From Candidatus Heimdallarchaeota archaeon (lineage in GTDB: Archaea > Asgardarchaeota > Heimdallarchaeia > JABLTI01): a DNA stretch of 64,000 nt. The position numbers and the translations under genes were made by a program. The notes under the pieces were generated by a model. The model was not told where the DNA came from. It saw only the letters and a program-made list of their open reading frames with translations, and did not search any database. The stretch covers positions 1-64,000 of the forward strand of contig JAHLVW010000047.1 of NCBI GenBank assembly GCA_019058275.1. The letters run 5' to 3'. Shown here one piece after another: positions 49,683-59,437 of the stretch. How positions within the stretch are numbered: the stretch's first letter is position 1; each line of letters begins with the position of its first letter.

Positions 49683-50588
49683 ATGGAGAGTTTTGAAATG
49701 AGAAAAGTAGCAATAGTCACAGATGGAAGCTCAGATCTTCCTAAGGAAATGGTTGAAAAATATAACATTCACATAGCTCCATTTCAAGTTATTTTTGGAG
49801 ATAAAGTCTTCAAGATGATGGGGAATTATGGTGATTTAACACCAGATGAATTTTACAATAAACTAGCAAATGCTAAGGATTATCCCACAACAAGTGTACC
49901 TACACCAAAAGCATTTGTTACTGCTTTTGAGGATGCTGCAAAAGAAGCAAAAGATGTGATTGGAATTTTCATCTCTAAAGAATTGTCTGGAACCTATCAA
50001 AGTGCACTTAGAGTTGTACCTATGATTGATGACGCAGAAATAACAATTGTAGATTCACAAGTTGCTGCCTCAACACTTGGTGCTATTGTGCTTGAAGCTG
50101 CAAAAATGGCGAAAGATGGTGCTTCAAAAGAAGCAATTATGGAGAGACTCAATGATATTATTCCAAGAGCCAAACTAGTAAGTGTTCAAGATAACGTTGA
50201 TGCTGTATATCGAAGTGGTCGAGTAGGTTGGTCTAAAAGATTCTTAGTTAATACATTTAAGATTAAACCAATAATTGAATTTAACGAAGGAAAATTGGTT
50301 TCTGGTGGTACTATCAGAGGTCGAGAAGAAGCAGATGCTGCACTTAAATATGCTGCTCCGTTAATAGTGAAAAATGCATATACGGATATAATTTTTGTTT
50401 GGCATTGCAGAACTCTTGAATTTGCTAATGAACTTAAAGAAATCATGGAAAAGAACAACCCCGAAGGGAAGGAAATTATTGTAATTGAAGCAGGACCTGT
50501 TGTTGGTTCACATGTCGGACCTGGTGCATTAGCATTCATGTATATTGGTGACTATAATAACGATTGGCTTTTAAAACAAAAGGAATAA
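49683..50588 (+). CDS. DegV family fatty-acid-binding protein
   Basis: IVTDGSSDL, TTSVP, IS..LSGTY, DS, SGR, IKPI and SHVGPG. Confidence 0.92.
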   Translation: MESFEMRKVAIVTDGSSDLPKEMVEKYNIHIAPFQVIFGDKVFKMMGNYGDLTPDEFYNKLANAKDYPTTSVPTPKAFVTAFEDAAKEAKDVIGIFISKELSGTYQSALRVVPMIDDAEITIVDSQVAASTLGAIVLEAAKMAKDGASKEAIMERLNDIIPRAKLVSVQDNVDAVYRSGRVGWSKRFLVNTFKIKPIIEFNEGKLVSGGTIRGREEADAALKYAAPLIVKNAYTDIIFVWHCRTLEFANELKEIMEKNNPEGKEIIVIEAGPVVGSHVGPGALAFMYIGDYNNDWLLKQKE

Positions 50589-50603
50589 AAGCTCATTCGT
50601 AAC

Positions 50604-50624
50604 TTCCTTGCTTTTAGCAAGGAA
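50604..50624 (+). terminator. hairpin after the degV-like gene
   Basis: 9-bp inverted repeat ttccttgct/agcaaggaa. Confidence 0.45.
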
Positions 50625-50714
50625 CACTATTTTTTCTATGTTCAAAGAAGATTTAGGTAGGTTAAAAAAGAATTACTTTTATTAAGCTATTATATCTTAA
50701 GGTGACACTATAAT

Positions 50715-52175
50715 TTGCCACTAAACAAAGCTAAAAACAAGAATTTTGCTAGAACAAAAATCGTTTGTACATTAGGACCAAGTAATGAATCGTCTGAAGT
50801 CTTAGTAAAAATGATTGAAGCAGGAATGGATGTTGTTAGACTTAACTTTTCACATAATTCACATGAATGGCATAAAGAGATGTTCATTAGGGTTAGAAAT
50901 ATCTCTGATGAAATTACTGTTCTATTTGATTTACAAGGTCCAAAGATTCGTATTGGTGAGTTAGAAAAGCCATATGCTATCTATAGAGGTGATGATTTCA
51001 TCTTAACAACTGAAGAAATAATAGGTGATAACAAAAGAGTAAGTGTTTCTTTAGAATCATTACCAAATTCAGTTAAGAAAAATGATTTGATATATATCAA
51101 TGATGGGATTATCGGTTTACGTGTTAAAAAAATTGAAGGAAATGATATTTACTGTAAGGTATTATCAAACGGAGAAATACGTAGCCAAAAAGGAGTAAAT
51201 ATTCCTAATGTCAAGTTGGATGTTCCTTGTTTGACACCAAAAGATTTGAAAGATTTGGAATTTGCACTGACATTAGAACCAGATTATATTGCATTATCAT
51301 TTGTTCATTCCCCTGATGATGTTATTAGCTTACGAAAAGTGATTAGCAATGCTAACCTCGAAATACCAATTGTAAGCAAAATCGAACATGCTTTTGCTAT
51401 CAAGAATTTTGATAAAATACTAGCAAAATCTGATGCAATAATGGTAGCAAGGGGGGATCTTGGTATTGAAACTTCAGTTACAAAATTACCATTAGTACAA
51501 AAGGAAATAATCAGCAAGTGTAATCGACAAGGGAAACCAGTTATAACCGCAACACAGATGCTTGAATCAATGATTAATAACCCTCGTCCAACTAGAGCTG
51601 AAGTCAGTGATATAGCAAATGCTATTTTTGATGGTACAGATGCTGTTATGCTTAGTGCAGAAACAGCTGTCGGTAAATATCCTACTGAAGCTATTAGTAT
51701 GATGAACAAAATAGCATTGAATGTTGAGAAAGAATTACATTGGTTAGAATTCAGAGATGAAAAATCCTCTGAAAGAGATTTAATAGCTGAAACATTAGCA
51801 ACTGCTGCTGGAATGTTGGTAGATAAAATGCCTATTAAAGCAATCATAGCTTTTACAGAGGGTGGCTTCAGTGCAAAACTTATAGCAAAACATAGACCAA
51901 AAGCGAGAATCTTTGTTGCAACACCCAGCATTAAAATTATACGCCAACTTGGATTGATATGGGGTTGTTATCCTTTACAAGTGAAAGAATACCAGAATCA
52001 TGATCAAATGGTTGTTGAAACTGTAGACTTAGCAAAGAAAATGGGCTACTTGAATGATAAAGATGTCATAGCTGTTATATCAGGATCAATTCTTTGCCCC
52101 GGTAAAACAAACTTGCTTAGAGCTTACAAAGTAGCTGATTTGCCTAGTCCAAATGAATTCAATGCAATACATTGA
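50715..52175 (+). CDS. pyk: pyruvate kinase
   Basis: RTKIVCTLGP, RLNFSH, DLQGPKIR, SKIE, MVARGDLG, ATQMLESM and DAVMLS.ETA.G.YP. Confidence 0.97.
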   Translation: MPLNKAKNKNFARTKIVCTLGPSNESSEVLVKMIEAGMDVVRLNFSHNSHEWHKEMFIRVRNISDEITVLFDLQGPKIRIGELEKPYAIYRGDDFILTTEEIIGDNKRVSVSLESLPNSVKKNDLIYINDGIIGLRVKKIEGNDIYCKVLSNGEIRSQKGVNIPNVKLDVPCLTPKDLKDLEFALTLEPDYIALSFVHSPDDVISLRKVISNANLEIPIVSKIEHAFAIKNFDKILAKSDAIMVARGDLGIETSVTKLPLVQKEIISKCNRQGKPVITATQMLESMINNPRPTRAEVSDIANAIFDGTDAVMLSAETAVGKYPTEAISMMNKIALNVEKELHWLEFRDEKSSERDLIAETLATAAGMLVDKMPIKAIIAFTEGGFSAKLIAKHRPKARIFVATPSIKIIRQLGLIWGCYPLQVKEYQNHDQMVVETVDLAKKMGYLNDKDVIAVISGSILCPGKTNLLRAYKVADLPSPNEFNAIH

Positions 52176-52186
52176 TTGTTGCAAAA

Positions 52187-53275
52187 TCATTCACTTAATT
52201 TTACCAACAAACTCTCTATACTTTTTTGTTTTTCAGTATCTTTTAGTGTTGAAAAGTAGATATTCAAATCACGTAAGAATATTCTAGCTTGGAGATTATA
52301 GTTTAATAGAGACATAATTTTTGCATGGTCGATGAGATTTGTGTTTAGATCATACTCAAACTTTGAAGGATTTTCCTTAGATAAGTATGCATTTAATTCA
52401 GTACCAAAGAATTTCAAAGGTATTTTGCCCGGTGTAATTAATCGTTTGACATTCTCATCATAGATTGATCTTTGTAGTTTGATAAGAAGATCTTGTTTTA
52501 GTGCCTTGTTTAAATCTCCCTTAATATTATCCAATGATTTATCTTTAAGGTAAGGTGCAACATAAAAATTAATGTGCAAATCAATTGCAAGAAATACATT
52601 TCCCTCTTTTGTTTTTGATGATAATTGCTTTTCTTCACAAGGTATATTTATTTCAATAATTCTATCCAACGAGCTTTTAGTAGTAATTAATGCCCCTAAT
52701 GTTTGAGATTTTTCTTTATTAAAAATGATTTTATCCCAAAGAACATCTATACCTTCAAACAATGATTTTTTAAGTTTAGTTTGTTTTTTCAAAACTTCTT
52801 TATCAGTTTCAAACTCCATTGTATGAATAAAACTCAAAAGATTTTCAGGCATTAATTTTTCTGTCTTTGCTGTAATTTTGACCAGTTTTTCCTTGGAAAT
52901 TTGATAATAATCTATCGTTTCTTTCTGTACATTCACTAGAAGTAAAACACTCTTCAAATCAGTAATCTTCTCTGCAAGTGATTTCAAAGTAAAAGTAGTA
53001 ATTTCTGTTTCACAATAAAATACTAAACCAATGATTTCCAAATTGTATGGAACCATTATTTTTAGAGCTTTTAATTGGTTGATATCATCTTCATCCAACG
53101 TTATTGCAGTTATTTTGGTATCTTTTTGCTCTGGGAAATGAACTACAGAAATGGCATGTATTTCATTTTTCTTTATATCAATAGTTCCAAGTAAAGCAGA
53201 AAATTTAATTTTTTCAGATAATTGACAAATGTTTGAAAATTGGTTGACAATTTCATTATTGATTATAAGTGCCAT
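52187..53275 (-). CDS. hypothetical protein, putative non-catalytic MPN fold, ODR-4-like
   Basis: LIINNEIV...SALLG...ISVVHFP...LDED...KIMVPYNLEIIGLVF resembles the MPN/ODR-4 N-terminus; no JAMM HxH motif. Confidence 0.5.
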   Translation of the reverse strand: MALIINNEIVNQFSNICQLSEKIKFSALLGTIDIKKNEIHAISVVHFPEQKDTKITAITLDEDDINQLKALKIMVPYNLEIIGLVFYCETEITTFTLKSLAEKITDLKSVLLLVNVQKETIDYYQISKEKLVKITAKTEKLMPENLLSFIHTMEFETDKEVLKKQTKLKKSLFEGIDVLWDKIIFNKEKSQTLGALITTKSSLDRIIEINIPCEEKQLSSKTKEGNVFLAIDLHINFYVAPYLKDKSLDNIKGDLNKALKQDLLIKLQRSIYDENVKRLITPGKIPLKFFGTELNAYLSKENPSKFEYDLNTNLIDHAKIMSLLNYNLQARIFLRDLNIYFSTLKDTEKQKSIESLLVKLSE

Positions 53276-53440
53276 GTTTAATTACCTATGTGAGAAATAC
53301 CTATTAGACTTTTTTAAAATTACTCTCAATAAGAAATAATACATCCTTTTTCCCTAAAAGTTTTATAAAATCTAAACATAACACTTTTTTATCCAAAAGA
53401 ATAACAAAACGATATACTCCGGAAAAGAAGGTTGACTTAA

Positions 53441-54385
53441 ATGAAAAGAGTTCTCGTAATTGGCTCTGGTGGGCAAATTGGTAGTGAGCTTGTTCCATAC
53501 CTCCGTAAGAAGTATGGTAAAGAAAACGTAATAGCAACTGGAAGAAGAACAAAACTTACAGATGTAGTACTCGAAGGTGGTCCTTGCATTTATCTTGATG
53601 CTCTAAATCAAGAATCTCTGAAGAAGGTCATCTATGAAAATCAAATAGAACATGTTTATCATATGGCTTCCATTCTATCAGCAACTGGGGAAAAGATGCC
53701 TCAAACAGCATGGGATATCAACATGAATGGACTCATTAATGTTCTTGAAGTATCAAGAAGATATGGTGTAGAGAGAGTCATTTGGCCTAGCTCAATAGCT
53801 GCTTTTGGACCAACAACTCCTCAGGAAAATGCTCCAAACGAAACGATTCTACAACCAACAACTATGTACGGTATCACAAAAGTTGCTGGTGAATTATTAG
53901 CTGAATACTACTACAAGAAATATGGTTTACTTACTTTATCGATGAGATTGCCAGGAATTATCAGTAGCGAAACACAACCTGGTGGAGGAACAACTGATTA
54001 CGCAGTAGAAATCTTTTATGAAGCAATTAAAAATAAAAAATACACTTGTTTCTTAAAAGAAGATACAAAGCTTCCTATGATGTATCAACCTGACTGCTTG
54101 AAATGTCATATTGATTTAGCTGAAAAAGATGAATCAAAATTCAAGAGACACGTATACAATGTTACAGGAATGTCCTTTACTGCAGGTGAATTAGCTGCAG
54201 AGATCAAGAAACATATCCCTGAATTTACAATCGGTTATAAACCAGATTTCAGACAGGAAATTGCAGATTCATGGCCAAAATCACTTGATGATTCATTAGC
54301 AAGAAAAGAATGGGGATGGAATCCTAAATACGATCTTGCTGCAATGACCAAGGATATGTTGGACAAACTCAGTAAACGTTTGTAA
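53441..54385 (+). CDS. tdh: L-threonine 3-dehydrogenase (extended SDR type)
   Basis: GSGGQIG, LSATGE, PSSIAAFG, YGITK, PGGGTTDYAV and RQ.IADSWP; kbl nearby. Confidence 0.92.
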   Translation: MKRVLVIGSGGQIGSELVPYLRKKYGKENVIATGRRTKLTDVVLEGGPCIYLDALNQESLKKVIYENQIEHVYHMASILSATGEKMPQTAWDINMNGLINVLEVSRRYGVERVIWPSSIAAFGPTTPQENAPNETILQPTTMYGITKVAGELLAEYYYKKYGLLTLSMRLPGIISSETQPGGGTTDYAVEIFYEAIKNKKYTCFLKEDTKLPMMYQPDCLKCHIDLAEKDESKFKRHVYNVTGMSFTAGELAAEIKKHIPEFTIGYKPDFRQEIADSWPKSLDDSLARKEWGWNPKYDLAAMTKDMLDKLSKRL

Positions 54386-54396
54386 TAATTTTTTTT

Positions 54397-54416
54397 GAAG
54401 AAGCATTAGCTTCTTC
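54397..54416 (+). terminator. hairpin after tdh
   Basis: 8-bp inverted repeat gaagaagc/gcttcttc beside a T-tract. Confidence 0.45.
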
Positions 54417-54443
54417 TCTAACTTTAATTTTTATTAAATTTGT

Positions 54444-55064
54444 GTGATTGCAATGGATAAAAAGAAAATTGTTCGAGAAGGTTATAATAAAGCTGCTCAA
54501 GCGTATCTAGATAAAAGGCATAAAGATCTAGAAGAAATGAACTTCTTACCAGAATTTTCTTCATATATTCAAAAAGGCGGAAAAGTACTAGATGCTGGTT
54601 GTGGAGGAGGATTACCTTTCACAAAATATCTAAGCGAACGATTTGATGTCATTGGAATAGATATCTCTGAAAAGCAAATTGAACTTGCAAAGAAAAATGT
54701 TCCGAAAGCACAATTTATCAGAAAAGATATGACAAATCTTGATTTTCCAAATGCATTTTTTGATGGAATACTTGCTTATTATTCAATTATTCATGTTCCT
54801 CGAGAAGAACAATTTGATTTATTTGCTAATTTTTATAGAATGCTAAAAGCAAATGGTGTTGCTTTTTTCAGTTTGCATAGTACAGATGATCCAGAATCAG
54901 TTTTTGATGATTTTTTTGATACCAAAATGTTTTGGAGTGGTTTTGATAAAGAAACAAATATTAAAATGTTGAAGGATATCGGCTTTAAGATCCTCTGGTC
55001 AAAATTAGTAAATGATAGTTTAGGTGATTACCAGCATCTTTTTGTATTAATTAGAAAATCTTGA
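54444..55064 (+). CDS. class I SAM-dependent methyltransferase
   Basis: VLDAGCGGG, GIDIS..QI, YSIIHVPR and MFWS. Confidence 0.9.
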   Translation: MIAMDKKKIVREGYNKAAQAYLDKRHKDLEEMNFLPEFSSYIQKGGKVLDAGCGGGLPFTKYLSERFDVIGIDISEKQIELAKKNVPKAQFIRKDMTNLDFPNAFFDGILAYYSIIHVPREEQFDLFANFYRMLKANGVAFFSLHSTDDPESVFDDFFDTKMFWSGFDKETNIKMLKDIGFKILWSKLVNDSLGDYQHLFVLIRKS

Positions 55065-55228
55065 AAGGTATGCAATATTTTTATCGAAATATTTAACTCG
55101 AGATTTTTTATCACTATCACTATTCTTTTTAGTGAGTGTGTAAATATGTAGTTATAGCGCTTATATTATAGTGTCTTTTATAGTCGGATTATTTAGAGCG
55201 TTAAAAACTAAAATAGCAAGAGTGAAGG

Positions 55229-57058
55229 GTGAGTAGAATGGCAGAAAGTTTAGGTGCTGATTTCTTTCTTACATTTGTATTAATACTCTTCCAGTTAATC
55301 TCACTTGGTATTTTCATTACACTCTATATTAGAAAAAGACAAGCTACTTTTCAAGCTTTGATTTTTTCCATAATATTTTTTATAGCAAGTAATACAATGA
55401 CTCTAATATTTATTAATAGAGCACCAACAGACTATCCTTTGGTTCTCTTTCAAGGATTATTAGCTACTGCTGGCTTAATTCCAATTGTTATTTTTCTTGA
55501 AATATTTGAAAGTGGTACGTCATTTACACCTAGAAGCTCAGGATCCATTATTTTTATCATGGTTGTAGGGCTTATTAAGAGTGCAAATTTTGCTTTTAAT
55601 CCAGATATTGGTAACTTCATTGGTTTTATGGCACCAATAATGTTTATCTTAGTCGGAGCATTTTATCTTAATACTATTAAGAAAATGAAGTATAGAATTC
55701 GTTTTGAGAATCAAAAGAAAAAGCTAAGAAAAATACGCACTGGCATATATCTTACATTTATTATTCCCAAATTTATTATTGGATCTATCTTTACTGTAAC
55801 AGTTTTACCTGTTCTAATCAAATTCTTCGTTGAAAATCCTGAGTTTTTAGAAAATTACAACATTGAATTCCTACAAGAGGCTCAAGCAATCCATATTTTT
55901 GATATGATACTAAATACATTACAAACTATTGGATTAGTTATTATGAGCTTGCCAATAATCTATAGTCGATCAGTATTCTTTATGCAATCTCGACATGTCT
56001 CAAAGCTTATTGTAATTAGTAAAGATGGAACTCCAGTTTTTGAATTTCCATTTGAATTAGATGATGAATTATGTGATGAGGTTTTACTAGATGAAGCATA
56101 TATGGCTATAAGCACAATCATGAATAAAGGGGGAATTTCATGTGAGCAATTAAAAACGATGAATTTTGGCAATCTCGAGATAATGACCGAAATCAGAGAT
56201 GAATTTGCTGCATTGCTCTTAGTAGATCGCCCCACAAAATTCTTGAAAGATTCCTTAGACTTTTTTGCTAATGATTTCCAACAAATATATCCAAAAAATG
56301 TAAGATTAGGTGAACTAAGAACTCAAAAACTCAAATATACTGCAGAGAAAATAATTCAGAAAAGCTTTGACCTTGAGCAAGAGGAATTTGAGCAAATTAG
56401 AATTATAGTTAGTGAAGGCTATGATCGAGTTGCAGATGAATATCTTAAAACAAGATCTGAAAAGGATGAAGAAGTAAAATTATTGCCTGATTTCATGAAA
56501 AGGTTGCCAGTAGGAGCAAGAGTTTTAGATGCAGGATGTGGTGCAGGAGAACCCATAACAAGAATTCTCAGTGAAAAATTCAAAGTTACTGGTGTAGACA
56601 TCTCAAAAAAGCAAATAGAGAAAGCAAGAGAAACATTACCATTCTGTGAATTTATCTGGCAAGATATGACAACATTAACATTTCCAGATGAATACTTTGA
56701 TGGAATTATATCTTACTATGCTATACCTCATATACCAAGGGAAGAGCATAAAGAGTTACTAGAGAATTTCTTTAGAATGTTGAAGAACAATGGTATTGCA
56801 CTTCTCTGTTTTGGTACTAGTGATGATCCTGGCACTGTAGTAGATGATTTCTTCGGAGTAAAGATGTACTGGAGTAGTTTTGATGTGGGTACCAATTTAG
56901 AAATGCTCAAAGAAGTAGGCTACCATGTTCTTTGGTTGAGGTTAATCTTCGATGATGTAACAGAAGAACAACACATCTTTGTATTAGCACAAAAATTAGA
57001 TAGAGAATTTCTAGAAGAAATAAAAGAAAATGGTGAGGAAGAAACTCCTCAAGATTAA
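55229..57058 (+). CDS. 7TM + longin-like + class I SAM methyltransferase fusion protein
   Basis: Seven hydrophobic helices (aa ~10-248); LIVISKDGTPVFEF...AISTI...LKTMNFG..EI...ALLLVD...L..FA..F...Y longin-like pattern; VLDAGCGAG methyltransferase from about aa 390. Confidence 0.75.
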   Translation: MSRMAESLGADFFLTFVLILFQLISLGIFITLYIRKRQATFQALIFSIIFFIASNTMTLIFINRAPTDYPLVLFQGLLATAGLIPIVIFLEIFESGTSFTPRSSGSIIFIMVVGLIKSANFAFNPDIGNFIGFMAPIMFILVGAFYLNTIKKMKYRIRFENQKKKLRKIRTGIYLTFIIPKFIIGSIFTVTVLPVLIKFFVENPEFLENYNIEFLQEAQAIHIFDMILNTLQTIGLVIMSLPIIYSRSVFFMQSRHVSKLIVISKDGTPVFEFPFELDDELCDEVLLDEAYMAISTIMNKGGISCEQLKTMNFGNLEIMTEIRDEFAALLLVDRPTKFLKDSLDFFANDFQQIYPKNVRLGELRTQKLKYTAEKIIQKSFDLEQEEFEQIRIIVSEGYDRVADEYLKTRSEKDEEVKLLPDFMKRLPVGARVLDAGCGAGEPITRILSEKFKVTGVDISKKQIEKARETLPFCEFIWQDMTTLTFPDEYFDGIISYYAIPHIPREEHKELLENFFRMLKNNGIALLCFGTSDDPGTVVDDFFGVKMYWSSFDVGTNLEMLKEVGYHVLWLRLIFDDVTEEQHIFVLAQKLDREFLEEIKENGEEETPQD

Positions 57059-58293
57059 AGAATTTCTAATTCTTTTCCAATCTTTTCAAAAGCTGCTAAT
57101 GAAGTATCTAGGTGACCCTTAGTTAAACCAGTGGTCATCATAACTCTTATACGAGCAGTACCTCTTGGAACCATTGGGAAAACAATTGGTAAGGCGAAAA
57201 CACCTTCTTCATATAGACGATTACTCATTGCTTTTGCTTTATCATTCTCACCACAGATAATTGGAGTGATAGCTGCAAAAGATTTAGTAGCAGCTTCAGT
57301 AATAGCATGATTGAAGCCTAAATTAACAATGGCTTTTTTGAAGTAGTCACAGTTATCTAACAGTTTAGCTACAACATTGTCAAATTTACCATCTTTGTTT
57401 TCTAAAACCTCAATTGAACCTAGTGATGCTCCAGCAACAGCAGGAGGATGAGAACCACTTAATAGGTAAGTTCTAGTTTTATTACGACAGAAATTGACTA
57501 AATCTTGTGAGCCAGTAATAGCTCCACCTATAGTTCCCATTGCTTTGCTAAAGGTATTCATTTCAACTTGAACTTTACCTTGAAGACCAAAATGATCAAC
57601 AATTCCTTTACCTTTCTTATTGCGACCCAAAACACCATCACCGTGTGCATCATCAACGTAAATCATGGCTCCATACTGTTCAGAAAGTTTTTGGATTTCA
57701 TCTAGCTTAGCAACATCTCCGTCCATTGAGAATACTCCATCTGTAATTACTAGAATCCTTCTAGCATTTGCTTTGTCAGCATTTTGTAAGCATTGCTCAA
57801 GACCACCCATGTCTGAATGTTTATAGATGAAATCTTTTCCTCTCTGGGCTTTTGATAATCTAACACCATCAATAATTGAACCATGATTTAATTCATCTGA
57901 GATGATCACATCTTCAGTGCTAGTCACAAGTTGAGGAATTACTCCAGCATTTGCAGCATAACCAGATTGGGTTATCATAACTGCTTTTTGCTCTTTGAAT
58001 TCTGCTAGCTTTCTCTCTAGCTCCTCATGCAACCACATGTTTCCTGCTAATGCACGAACTGAACCTGAGCCAGCTCCATATTTTTCAACTGCTTCAAGGG
58101 CTTTCTTCACAACATGTGGATGTGTACTTAAATTTAAGTAGTTATTAGAACACATCATGATTACTTTTTTACCCTCAATCACACACTCTGGGTCAGAACG
58201 ACTTTCAAGCGTTTTATGCTTCCAATCAAGAGCTTTATCAACTAAATCTTGATATTCAGTTTTCAAAAATCCTACTGGATCTCTTTGTATCAT
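57055..58293 (-). CDS. kbl: 2-amino-3-ketobutyrate CoA ligase (glycine C-acetyltransferase)
   Basis: CSNNYL, SDELNHGSIIDG, DGVFSMDG, DDAHG, TFSKA (PLP Lys) and FPMVP.G.ARIR; tdh nearby. Confidence 0.88.
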   Translation of the reverse strand: MIQRDPVGFLKTEYQDLVDKALDWKHKTLESRSDPECVIEGKKVIMMCSNNYLNLSTHPHVVKKALEAVEKYGAGSGSVRALAGNMWLHEELERKLAEFKEQKAVMITQSGYAANAGVIPQLVTSTEDVIISDELNHGSIIDGVRLSKAQRGKDFIYKHSDMGGLEQCLQNADKANARRILVITDGVFSMDGDVAKLDEIQKLSEQYGAMIYVDDAHGDGVLGRNKKGKGIVDHFGLQGKVQVEMNTFSKAMGTIGGAITGSQDLVNFCRNKTRTYLLSGSHPPAVAGASLGSIEVLENKDGKFDNVVAKLLDNCDYFKKAIVNLGFNHAITEAATKSFAAITPIICGENDKAKAMSNRLYEEGVFALPIVFPMVPRGTARIRVMMTTGLTKGHLDTSLAAFEKIGKELEIL

Positions 58294-58536
58294 GTAATTT
58301 TAACTCCGAAAACTATAATTTTTCTTTTACTCATTATGAAATTTCATTACAATTTAAACTTTTTTTCTAAGTAATATTAATTACCACTTTAAATTTCGAA
58401 TTTCTAATGAAAATTTCCATTAATTCATTTGTATTTATTGAGTAATTACTTTTATTAATGAGAAGCTGTAGCAATCTGATAGAAGATTTTTTAATTTAAC
58501 CTATTTTGAATTAAATTAAGGAAGTGAAACTACTAG

Positions 58537-59397
58537 ATGTCTAGAAGAGGAGAACCAAAAAAAAGCAGACTTGAAGATGATTTGTTTGATCCAGACAAAG
58601 ATATGGAAAAAGAAATCGAAGGTCTCCCTAGTCGTAATGAATTAGTTGTTGCAACAGTACGAGATGTTACAGGTCATGGAGCTTATGTATCACTTGATGA
58701 GTTTGATGATCGACGTGCTTATGTTCACATCTCAGAATTATCTAGAACTTGGGTAAAGAACATTAGAGTACATGTTCGTGAAGGACAAAGAATTGTTGCC
58801 AAAGTTCTTCGTGTTGATATTCGCAAAAACCAAATTGACTTGAGTATTAAACGTGTCCCCGAACAAATGAAGAAGCTAAAATTATTAGAATCTAAACGAG
58901 CTCAGACAGCAAATACGCTTTTCAAAATGATTGTAGACAAAATGCCTGCAGAAGAACGCAAGAATGCTGTTGAGATTAGAGATATACTCGTTACTCACCA
59001 TGATTTGCTGTATTACGGATTGGAATTTGCTTCACAAGCATCTCAAAAAGATTTAACTAATATAGGTATAGATGAAAAATGGGCTAAGGTCATTCGTAAA
59101 ATAGCTCATGATAATATAATTCCTGCAACTGTTGAGATTAAAGGGACTGTTGAAATTACCATACCAGGAGGAAATGGTGTTCATATTCTGAAAGAAGCTC
59201 TAATACTTGGAAGGGATAATATTAAGGAGAAAAATACTGAGATTAAAATCTACACTGAAGGTAGTCCTCGATATGCTATTGAAGTTACATCTGAGGATTA
59301 CAAGCTTGCAGAAAAAGCTCTTGAGAATGCCTTGGAACGTATAGAAGATATTGTAGAAGATAACCAAGGATCTTTCTCATTCACCAGGAAGAAATAA
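58537..59397 (+). CDS. eif2a: translation initiation factor 2 alpha subunit
   Basis: S1 domain GAYVSLDEF...HISELS..WVKNIR...KVLRVD...IDLS; GSPRY...DYK.AE. Confidence 0.96.
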   Translation: MSRRGEPKKSRLEDDLFDPDKDMEKEIEGLPSRNELVVATVRDVTGHGAYVSLDEFDDRRAYVHISELSRTWVKNIRVHVREGQRIVAKVLRVDIRKNQIDLSIKRVPEQMKKLKLLESKRAQTANTLFKMIVDKMPAEERKNAVEIRDILVTHHDLLYYGLEFASQASQKDLTNIGIDEKWAKVIRKIAHDNIIPATVEIKGTVEITIPGGNGVHILKEALILGRDNIKEKNTEIKIYTEGSPRYAIEVTSEDYKLAEKALENALERIEDIVEDNQGSFSFTRKK

Positions 59398-59437
59398 TAA
59401 TCAACAAAATCAAACAATTCAAGGATGGTTAACACAA

